Shown one piece after another: positions 1 through 10,800 of a stretch of DNA of 64,000 nt. A program made the position numbers and the translations under genes. The first letter of the stretch is position 1. Each line of letters starts with the position of its first letter. Below the pieces are notes generated by a model. It saw only the letters and a program-made list of their open reading frames with translations. It was not told the DNA's origin and made no database searches. Source of the DNA: Spironucleus salmonicida (lineage: Eukaryota); contig NC_090601.1 of assembly GCF_000497125.1 (NCBI RefSeq), positions 806,001-870,000 of the forward strand, given 5' to 3'.

Positions 1-1204
1 TCTACCCATTTTTGGATGAGATACAGGATATGCCTTACATTCCTTCTACACCTATTTAGTGAATCATAACTGCACTTCCCAAACTATCACGGTACGATGG
101 ACCTTGAAAGGAGGGTGCTTATCTAGGGCAGTACCAGGAGCCGGTTGGAGGGTTTAAATAATGTTTGACGTGAGATTAGAAAATTAGCATAGTAGTACAC
201 AGCCTATCGCATGCAGCTAATCAGCCAATTTGGTAAAATTGCAGTGGAGAGCCACATAAATTTTAAAGCAGCAGTCGCAACCTGCACGCCTGGAATTTAA
301 GTTATGTGAAAAGATAATATAATGACTTTGATTGCTATGCTATCAAATTATTGCAGCTGCTGGGCGTCAGAAGGCATGGCAGTAGAGAATGGAAAATACC
401 AAATATGAGAAAATGTTTATATAGTATATAATACAAGTATACTTTATCTCGCAGAATGACTGCTGGCTAACTGGGAGCCGAAGTGGTTCTGCGGCCTTGG
501 CGATGCTGCAGTGGTGCTGAGTTGATTATGAGGTTAGTGGAAATGAAGCTGCAGATGGTTCGGGAAAATGTGCTCCGCTGCGAACACGGCTTTGGCCACC
601 CGTGCGACCAAGTAGGGAGGCGCTGGTAGGGTGGTGCTGTAGATGGGAAAGGAAGCACAGTGGGGTAAACTGACCTGCTGATTAGTTTCGAGGCGCTGCA
701 ATATTTTAGATGCACCGATTCAGCGATCGTCTATGTAGCGATAGCTGGTGGGCTGGCTAGTTTCTAAGCCTTTAACTGAACTTGAAATGTTTAACTATAT
801 GTGCTCCTTGTGGCTAGTGGGCCAAGTATACTCAATTTACGTACCTGAATTCCAACTCCTACTACCCTCCCCATTTTCCCAATGTTGTTGCACGCCTTAT
901 CCGCGAACTTGTTTCCACCTAATATGTGCACATTAGTGTGTATTTCTGCATAATACCTGTTTTTGGTATTGTGATGTGAAAGTAATTTGGTATTATATAT
1001 TATACTCACAACTTATGCAAATTATATTACATTTTATATATCATTAATTAATGCTATTCGTTATATTAATATAGTTTTTCTGAAGTAATAAAGCGGACAA
1101 TAAGGTAATAATATTAACTTTTATTTTTTGCAATTATCTTCAGGTATATAATTAACTAATATAGGGATTTTTTTTGAAACTGTATCTTTATTAAAACACC
1201 AAGA

Positions 1205-2176
1205 ATGGATGAAAAGTGTGATAACGCTACAAAAGTTTGCCCAGAGATGAAGGCATGCCCAGTTGATGCTACAAGCGATGTCCCAGCTGACTGCGTCGAC
1301 TGCACATCTGGTGCAGAACATTGTGTTGGATGCGCTATCGGTTCAGTAGATGTCTGCAGCGCATGCGCTCCTAAGTTTTTCTTGAATAGTGAGACCGCAT
1401 GTATTGCCTGCTCTGCCAACTGCATCACCTGCTCCACCGCTGAAAAGTGCACGGTATGTGCCGATGGATACGAAGTTAAGGCTGATGTTTGTGTAGTCAA
1501 GGGCGCCATCGTCAACGAGTGCGATGACAAAACACTTTGCATGGATGGTAAGTTCTGCGAGATTAAGTCTACTGGAAATGTCTGCTCGGATTGTTCTGGT
1601 GAGTGTGCAAACTGCAGCAGCGCTACCAAATGCACGACCTGCAAGGCTACCCACGAGATGAACACCGATCAGACCTGCACCGCACCTTGTGCGAATTTAC
1701 CTGTAAATAAGGCCTGTATAAGCTCTGCTGCCGCTGACTGTGGAACTGATAAATAGCAGACCGCATGCAATTGCGGCGCTGCAGCCAAGAACTGCCTCGC
1801 CTGCCCCGTCGTTCCCGTACCCGCCCCAGGAACCTGCACCGACACCCTGTGCACCTGTGCTGATGGAGCTAAGGGAGTATGCACCGGATGCATTGACGTC
1901 GCCAACTACGACTTTGACGATGCCAAGTGCAAGCCCAAGGCCCCCACCACCTGCGCCACCTGCCTGCCCGGTTACGTCCTCAAGGACGCCAAGTGCGAGG
2001 AGTGCGCCCCTGGCTACTCCAAGGTCGGAACATTCTGCTTCCTACCCGTGCCGGAGTCTTCATCCAACAAGCTCTCCGGGGGCGCCGTGGCGGGCATCGT
2101 GATCGCGGTCCTGGTGGTAGCTGGCGCAGTGGGCGGCGGGCTCGCTTTCTACTTCATCAAGAAAGGTAAGAAGTGA
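1205..2176 (+). CDS. Cysteine-rich membrane protein (CRMP/VSP-like), 323 aa
   Basis: ATG 1205 to TGA 2174-2176, open if TAG (1754) = Gln; CxxC repeats, C-terminal TM ([29 protein letters not shown]) and KKGKK tail; same length as paralog 40898-41869. Confidence 0.92.
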
Positions 2177-3387
2177 TATTTTACTTTTAGATTGGTTTGA
2201 CTTAAGGTTGGGATAATTTGGTTTATCAATTATAGACAGCAAATAAGTACTAAGTGATAAATCTTAACTGGGATTGTCGTTAACTTCTTCTATGCCTACT
2301 AAGACTGAAGGTGCTTATTTTGATACTAGTAACTGAATTACTAGGATAGTGAATGCACATCGGCTAGCCCCCCATTAGGTATGGCTACCCTTATTTCATG
2401 TGCATACGACTGTGCTGCATAAATGGTCATTGCCAGCCAATAAGTCCTGAATTTAGAACTACAGTGCGGTATGACCAACTAGGGAAATACTGGACGCTAT
2501 GCTTCCGTAAATTTATCTGAGATATCAACCACTATGTTGGCTCTATGATATATTTAGTCTACTAGGAATCCAATCAGCTTAGGTATTTATATCGAAAAAC
2601 GTTTAGATAAAATTTTCATTTTTGTTTCTGAAGGTTAAGTAAATGATTGAGTTTATAATGAGTCCGTTAGAATAATAATATAATTTATACAATAAAATCA
2701 ACAATTACCATTTAATACAGGTTTGATATATAAGCGTATTTAAAAACCTTGAATGTTACCTCTCATTATACTTTACAAGTTTAGTTAGCAATAATATCAC
2801 TATAATTATAAACAAAATAATTATTTATCTATTGTATACGATCTTATATGTATCGGTCCGTAATACTTTATTGTATAACGCGTAAAGTGATCATACTGAA
2901 TTTGAAGAACTAGCAAGTACTAGGCTGAGTAACAAACTCAGACAAGAGCTAGATTTTTGTTTATTAGGTATATACAAGCTTACAGTGATAATATTATAAT
3001 TATTTACTGGGTGTGGGCCAAGGATAGTACTCATAATAAAATTATGCATTTCTAAAATGAATATACTGATTATAGTATAATACACTAATAATTGAAGTAA
3101 TTTATCGGAAAGGTTCGCCAGCACCAGTAATAACTATATTAAGTAGCAAATAAAAATATTGTTAAGCTGAATAGTTGTATTGTAATCACTAATCGGCTTC
3201 TTTGCAAAATGTATCTTATTAATACTCATTATGTATTATTTTATTACACAGCATAAACAACAAAAAAGAAGTATTAGTATAAATTATCAAGATATACATC
3301 ATTTCAGGAATACTCATAATTTTTAATATCTACATTTCCAATACAACAATAAAGTATATATAGGGTCCAGCCTACTACACAAAAAAA

Positions 3388-3537
3388 ATGGACAGCATCC
3401 GGCTAGCCCACGACCTGACCGTCAACGCCATCCTCCAGCAAACCAGGCTCAGCCCTGAGGCATATCATAATTTGAAGGCCTACTACGAACGGCAGAGCCC
3501 CAGAGGCGACCTTTGCGTTGCCGACTACCTGCCGTGA
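3388..3537 (+). CDS. Small hypothetical protein, 49 aa (MDSIRLAHDLTVNAILQQTRLSPEAYHNLKAYYERQSPRGDLCVADYLP)
   Basis: GC-rich island with C/G-ending codons in AT-rich DNA that starts at ATG after an A-run/C-rich leader and ends at TGA. Confidence 0.55.
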   Translation: MDSIRLAHDLTVNAILQQTRLSPEAYHNLKAYYERQSPRGDLCVADYLP

Positions 3538-3966
3538 AGTGTTAGGCGAGATCCCATATTTAAATGAGTGATATAGAATTTCAATAGTTTATATTATTGA
3601 TATACACTTTTAAAAGTAACTCCTAATTCAATTACGCCTAAATCTTGCAAAGATTAAAATTGGTTATTTAACCTACTTTCCCATTTAAATTATATATAGA
3701 TATCTATCTCAGCCTCATTAATATTATTGATACAAAATTTTAATTTCCTCTTAGTTCTATAGCGTTATCAAACATTTTATTTAACAAGCACAGCTTATTA
3801 TGAAGAATTATTATCAAATGACTTTTACGGCTTTTTTCTAATAATAAACAGTTACTTATTGAAAGTTATATACATTTTGGAGTCGTAAAAATTTCTATGG
3901 ATTATGTACTTTGCCATCTAGAATCGCTTACTCTGACATAATAAAGTCGACATTTTAAATTATTAA

Positions 3967-4233
3967 ATGGGAGCCAGCAAGTCATACGTAGAGGCCATGG
4001 CAGATGCTCTGAGTGAGCTGGAAAAATCGTGTGATACAAGTGATGTAGCTAATAGCGAAAGTGCAATAAAATAGCTCGTTTTCTGCCCTGAAACCAAGAA
4101 CAACACCACCTCATTCTACCGTGACGACGAGGCGAACAGGATCGACCTGAGCCCTATCCAGTCAATTTTTAGCGCGATTTCGCTTCTAGAAGGCGAAGAG
4201 CTCATATACTTGAGCGAAGCCTCCGCCGAGTGA
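3967..4233 (+). CDS. Small putative N-myristoylated protein, 88 aa (MGASKS...)
   Basis: Code-6 ORF with MGxxxS N-terminus, coding-like GC content, ends GAG-TGA; C-terminal LSPIQSIFSAISLLE resembles the motif in 6597-6884 and 45879-46151. Confidence 0.7.
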
Positions 4234-4255
4234 ACAAAATTTCAAAATTAAGCCA

Positions 4256-6277
4256 TCACATCAACTGCAAATAGATTGATTTGAGCGCCCTGGCCTCCTC
4301 GCTGATGTTCTTTTCAGTCACACCCGCGAACCCGACTGCCGTGGGGTTAATGCTCATTTCCTCGCCGTATTTGATGACCTCGTCCAGGAACAGCAGAACA
4401 TGGTCGATGAGCTGCTCCTCGGCGGGGCCGCCCAGATTCATCGAGCAGGCCTCCGCGAGGCTCACGAGCGGCCTTTTGACGTACAGCCAAGAGTCGGGGC
4501 TGAGCTTCTCGCTCGTGGGCTCCATGGCCGCAATTATACGCCTAATACCGAACGGCATGTTCTGATTGATCGCGTAGAGTGCGCCCAGCACGATGTTCGT
4601 TATCGACAAATGCAGGAGCTGGTTCGACGATTCAGGCGAAACGTTCGTTATTTGCGTCTGCGCGGTGTCCACTTTCTGCATCAGCTGCTCGGCTAAGTTG
4701 TTCTGAGAGTTCAACACGTAACAAACGCAGAGATTCGCCACCGCGATGGCCGGAACGTCCAAAATGTTCTCCTGGCCGAGCGTATCGACGACCTCCTGGT
4801 ACTTTTCGAGCGCGTCCGCGTAATCTTCGTTAGCGAACAGAATATTGGCCTAATTGATCTTGTAGGAGGGGTGATCCTCGATCAAATCTTCGTATTGGCA
4901 AATAATGTGATACGCGCCTTTGTAGCGCTTCAAATTGTACAAAATCGACGTTTGCCAGGTAATCACGGGAATGAAGATCCCGAGCTTTTGCTCATATTGC
5001 TGCAGCAGCGTGTTGACCGCAATCTCCTCTTTAGACATCGTTTTCGCCTCGTTCGTGTTGAATCTTCCGGTAAATTCGTCCGCCGCTTGCTTGTTTTTGG
5101 ACGATTTTGAGCGCGTTTGCGTGATTTCCTAACGAATTCGTCTAAGCTGATTAGCATATCTCTGCTTCAGCTGATCCAACTGCGAATACGCTTCTTCTGG
5201 GCTCGCGATGCTCTAAACGACTGCCTAGAAAAATGCTTGCTTTTCGGGCTCCAAACTCGCCTGGCTCAGCTGCTAATTTTCAGCCATCAAATCAGCCGCC
5301 AGATCGAACAAACCGTGCTGAATGTAGATATTTATCAAGTTCTGAAATGCCTCCACCGGAAAAGGCGGCACCTGAATCAGAAATTGGAGCTTTTTGACGG
5401 CCTAACTCGGCTAATGCATCATCTCGCTGAGCGCCAAATTGTGCAGTGTAACAGGATCCAAATCCTCCTCTTTGCGATACGGCATGCTCTTCAGAGCGCG
5501 ATTTGCGGCGTATTCGTCGCCCAAATTCCACTCAATTGACGCCTTTAAGTTGAAGGCGTCGATGAGCGCAGAGCCGAGCAAATGGTTCAGATTTTGAATT
5601 ACAGTTTGACTTTCCACTTGTCCTGCGCCGTTGAAGCTCTGCGCCGCCTGGACGAGTTCCGGGTACTTCTTGGCGCTCAAATCGACCAAATCGCCGAGCG
5701 TTTTCAGGCAGTGCGGGTAGTCGCTTTGGCGGTAGAAAGCGACGGCTTTTGCGTAGAAAATTCGCGGGTCCGGGCAGATTTCGTTCGCTGCGTCGTAGAG
5801 GTCGATGGCCTCCTGGAACTTTTCCTGTTTGAGGAGCAAATTGGCCTTCAGAGCGAAGACGCGCGGGTCATCGGTGGGCGATTTTGTGAGCTTTTCGACG
5901 AGGTTCTGGAGGGCGTTAGAATCGTCGATATCGTGCTTGCAGTACGCCCTCAGAACGTCCGCGTCGTGCGAGTCGATTTTGAGCTGGAGCGCCTCGACGA
6001 GCATATCGGCCTTGTAGCGCGAGTTCGCTAGCGATAGCTGGTAGCGCTCGGAGTCTGGGTATTTCTTGACCAGTTGCTCGTAGAGAGGAATTGCGAGGTC
6101 GAATTCGCCCTTGTGGTAGTAGCAGTAGGCTAAAATGGAGCACGCTGGCGAGTTGTTGGGGAACATCTGAAGCTGGAGCTTCAGGACGTTGATAGCCTCG
6201 TCGAACTCTTGGTTTTCAATGTGCTTGTAGATAGTGCGCGTGAGCTGGCCTTCAGGGACCTGATAGAGTTACTGCAT
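4256..6277 (-). CDS. IFT70: Intraflagellar transport protein IFT70 / TTC30 (fleer/DYF-1) TPR protein, 673 aa
   Basis: One code-6 ORF joining in-frame track fragments 5411-6166, 4850-5038 and 4256-4762; family motifs VPEGQLTRTIY, ILAYCYY, AFNLKASIE, EEDLDPVTLHNLAL, AIAVANLCVCYVL, SWLYVKR, EEARALK. Confidence 0.93.
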
Positions 6278-6596
6278 TTTTGGTAGGAATTGGTGTGGTG
6301 GAAATAATAACATAGTAAGGATATAATAATAAGTTATTTTGTGTATTTTGGCTAGTGATGAAGATCTAATAGTAGGAAAAGATGCGAAAGGGTGTTAAGA
6401 TTGGGTAGTTAGTGCTATAATGATAATTTGATGGTAAAGATACGGAGTTGAAAACTTTTATCTGTATAACTTTACTGATTGTAATAGAACAATATAATTA
6501 AGGAACATAAATAAGTTGCAATAGCAGTATAGCTAGTATAAGTAATATGATTTATAATATCAAGTTAAATAAATAAACTACTTATTAAATCGTATT

Positions 6597-6884
6597 TCAC
6601 ATGCAAGTTTCGAGCATACTGACACCGTCAAAGGACTGTCGTAAGCTGTGTAGACCAGTGCGTGGATCTTGGATTGACAGGCTTTCAGCTTCCTATATTG
6701 ACAAGTTTATCATAGAATAGTTTATAAGTTGAGTGACACCTCCCTGGGAGGTACAACTTTCAGTTGCAACATGGCAGTTGTCTAGATATCCTATTTTCTT
6801 ATAGTTAGTATTTGCTTTATGCCAGAACTACTTAAATTTCGCATTTTATGGTCGTTCTTATAGTTTGGCAATACAGTTTCCCAT
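6597..6884 (-). CDS. Small putative dually acylated protein, 95 aa (MGNCIAK...DPRTGLHSLRQSFDGVSMLETCM)
   Basis: Code-6 ORF; 22 C-terminal residues identical to 45879-46151 with only synonymous codon differences. Confidence 0.82.
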
Positions 6885-7889
6885 TATTTAATAAAGTTTA
6901 AGATGATTTATTAGTTGTACAGGTGATAATAAAACTTTCGTTTCTACTATGAGTTTATAGTATGTATATAAAGCAGTATTTAGAAGTTTTAATTATTTAC
7001 AGAATAGTTGATTATCATATATATTTAAAGCAGAATTTAACATTTTATTCTATTTTTACTAGCAGAAAATATTTTGACTAAGTATACTTATTAGCTCTAT
7101 TTTAGATTAACATAAATAATGATTTTAATAATAATATCAATAATTTTTTAAATATAAAAACGCATTACATATATGATTTTGGCATTAAGCTGTTGTATAT
7201 AATTGAGACTGCTTAATATATTATGAAACTAATACTACAGTTAACTATATTTAATATAGGTACACAGTTAGAAACTCACACATACGATTTTTTGAATATT
7301 ACCACCAAATATATATTTAGTGAATAATTATTAATAAATTGAATAAGTAAATAATTAATAGAATATTCATAACTATATAGATAATTTACTTATTTTATTG
7401 ATAGGCCTATTACTATAATCATTTATATTAAATAATAATCTTATAATTAGTCAAAATGTGTAACTTTAGTAATAATGGGTTAACGCAAGTACTAGTACAA
7501 AATTTGCAGCTTAATTGTGTATTGATGTCATTAACTAAGATTAAAGGAATTAACTTGTCGCTATTATGCTAATATTTCAGGGATCAATTAATGATAGATA
7601 TTTATATAACGACTGGTTAACTGAATAGTGTTAGATTAAGAATTTCCAGTTATAAAGCATGAATTTGGTAAGAATTTCGAAGCTAATTACGAAATTGAAT
7701 AACATAGAATTTACTAGGATATTGATGCACGATTATAATGTATAATCATATTGATGCCAAATTTTCACTCTCTGGTACCGGAAGTCCTCTAAAATTTAGT
7801 GTTATCGATAAATTTATACTTTTGATAGCCGAAGGTAATTAGTTTGGCGTATGTAGCTTCCCATGCCACCAACTCCGCTAAAACATTTT

Positions 7890-10800
7890 TCATTCCCCGA
7901 TCAAGCGCATGAAGTCCTCCTCCAAGTCTATCTCGCATACATCATAGCTTTCCGATGCTACTTCGTTGTCAATCGCCCACTAGACCACCCGGCTCATCTT
8001 CAGCCCAAATAGGACGAAGTAATCGTCCCTCTCGCCTCTAGTGTATTACGCAAATTTGAGCCTAAATTCATCACGCTTCACAGAAATTTGCACCTGGAAG
8101 CAATTTTTCTCCCGCATGTTGTCCACACTGCCGCAGTAGTTAATGCGACCGTCTTTCAGCAAAACAACATCGTCGACCAGTTAAGCCACCTCGCTCAGGT
8201 CGTGCGTAGTGATGATAACGGTTTTACCTAGATGAATCAGCTTCTAGGTGGCAACCTGAATTACCTATTTAGTAAGCGCACCCAAACCTGTCGAGGGCTC
8301 GTCCAATGCGATTATATTTGCCTTGCTGGTCAGAGCGATTGCGAGAGATAGCTTTCGACGAATTCCTCCAGAAAGCGAGGAAATCAGAGCATTCCTGATA
8401 GCGCTCAGGTCCAGTAGCTCCAAAATTTGATCCACTTGGCTGGTTTCGTTGAAAATGGAGAATAGCTGCACAATTTAGGAAATGGTGAGACTTTCATAAA
8501 ATATATCGTGCTGCGGCACCATGGTGAAGCTCTTGTACTTGTGGTATGTTTTATAAAGGTCATATGGACCAATTACCGCTGCACCTTGATCAATCTATAT
8601 GATTCCCGCGAAGGAGTGCATAAGGGTGCTCTTCCCCGACCCGTTCGAACCCAGAAGCCCAAACACGCAGTTCTCTTTCACTGAAAAGGACACGTCCTTA
8701 AGCGCAAATTAGGATCTTTCATACTAATGCGTAACATTTTATACGTCGAAGAAGCTAGCGTCGCCATAATACTCGATCACATGCGTATCTAGAAGAGCAA
8801 CCTCAGACCTAGTCTTTTTAAATTTTAGGATCACTTTTATGATGAACATAATTCTATTTTACTATGCGACAAGGAAAAATACAAAGAACTACAAAAAGTA
8901 TGAGATAAAAATCGTTACATATAATTTCTATTACACCACTTGATGATGTATTACCAAGGATATAATGTAGCAGAAACCATATGCCGGTATCACAATAGAG
9001 ATTATCTGGGCAAATGAATCCGATGCTATTGTCATTATCTAGAATACGACCGCAAAGATAGTAATTAATAACGATACCACAGCCGCATACTTCCCGGAGT
9101 TCAGAATCTTTCCCATCAAAATACCAGTTGGGACACACGCTAGAGCCTGCATAATATACAGGCCTACTACAAATCCCGGATTGGGTAGATTTGCTAAAAT
9201 AGGATAGCATATGATCGCAATAATCAGAAGCGTAGCCAATGCCATTATCAAAGCAACAATGGTGTAAAATGTCGAATGGGCAAGAAACAATAGCGTCATC
9301 TTCACATTGTGGAAGTGGAAGAGTTTGTTGACTGCATTATCACAATCCATACCCGCAAGCTGGCCTGTAAAAAATAGAGGTAAAAAGCCTCCTATCAGTA
9401 AAACTACTATTGTTATTAAATTAGTAATCTCATTAGAATTATTTATCTCCATATTCGGCTAAATGCTTACATTCGAAAAACCTGGCATCTCGCTCTACTA
9501 TATAGAATAAGTGAAGTTCCAAGGAGAATAATCGATTGAATTGGCAAAAAGATACTTTCTAAATAATGCGGAGGTTTGTTGAGTTAACATATTATTTCCT
9601 ATATCATAAAATACAACTGGAGGATTACATGGCAGTCTCACAGTAGTATCATTTATCCATATCGACCTATCTATCCCTCTGGCTCCTATATATACTACAT
9701 ATGTCTCGTTAATATATAATCCATCACATTTATACTATAACTTGTCTGCTAGTTAAACTTCTAATGCATTTGCACCATACCAAAATATGTTTAATGGCAG
9801 TAGTAATGATATTTAAATATTAACATACTTACTATTTTATTTATTGAATTCTACTATACCAGATGAGTAAAGATTATTGTATAACTAGTTTAATATATCT
9901 GTAGTAGGTAGTGTATTATTTCCATTAAACTTTATATGAGAATTTTTACCTACAATATTATAATGATTAATTGCTTAAGCGGAAGTATTAAATACTTTGA
10001 TATTTTAATTTCTTATAACAAATTTTGATTAATAATCACATTTAAACTCTTGAATACATTATTATATACATTATATCAATTTAGGTTATTCCCCACATTT
10101 TAAAAATTAATTATCTCTGTTAATACAAGTTTACTTACAATATTCTAAATTATAGCATCCGGTCTCATTTCTAATATAATGATTGCCTATAACCAGCTAT
10201 TAAAGAGGAGCTAAATCAGGATATTTTAACGGGTTTACGACTTTACTATTTTCGTACAACTTATCATAGTCAAAATCTTCTAATTAGAAAGATTGTTCTA
10301 AAAGTTTATTTTATGTTTACTTTGAAATTTATGGAAGCAAATCATTACGCTTGAGAGGATCAACTACTAAATAGTTAAATACCATATCCTAATGAGATTA
10401 TCTATAGTCACCTAATGAAGTAATAGATCGAGAATAATAATCAAGTCCCAAAAATGTCGCATAGTAAATACAATATTGGTGTTCGAGTATATTAAAGGTA
10501 AATAATTCTTTCGGCCTTTCTTACAAACATTAATTAAGTACATTTTTAATAAGATTTTAATTATTTCCATAATGCTTATAACATTATAAATAGCACTAAT
10601 TAAATAAATATTATTTCGTATTATGATAATGCACTGTAATATTTCCATCTCCGGTGAGCCCTATCATCTTAACAAGTAATATATATGCCACTCCAAGAAA
10701 TAAAACAATAAATGACATCAAAAGTAATAATGCATATATGAACGATGTTTGGCCAGAGAAAAATTCAAGTCTAAACATGTTCTACACCAAAGCCATAAAT

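Noticed and set aside
1-940. Moderately GC-rich region with short ORFs and a possible gene end (TAG-TGA at 57-62)
   Set aside because: No recognisable protein; too little context at the window edge
2353-2520. Small ORF MHIGQPPIRY... downstream of a CRMP
   Set aside because: The duplicate near 21935 has a different C-run length, so the frame is not conserved
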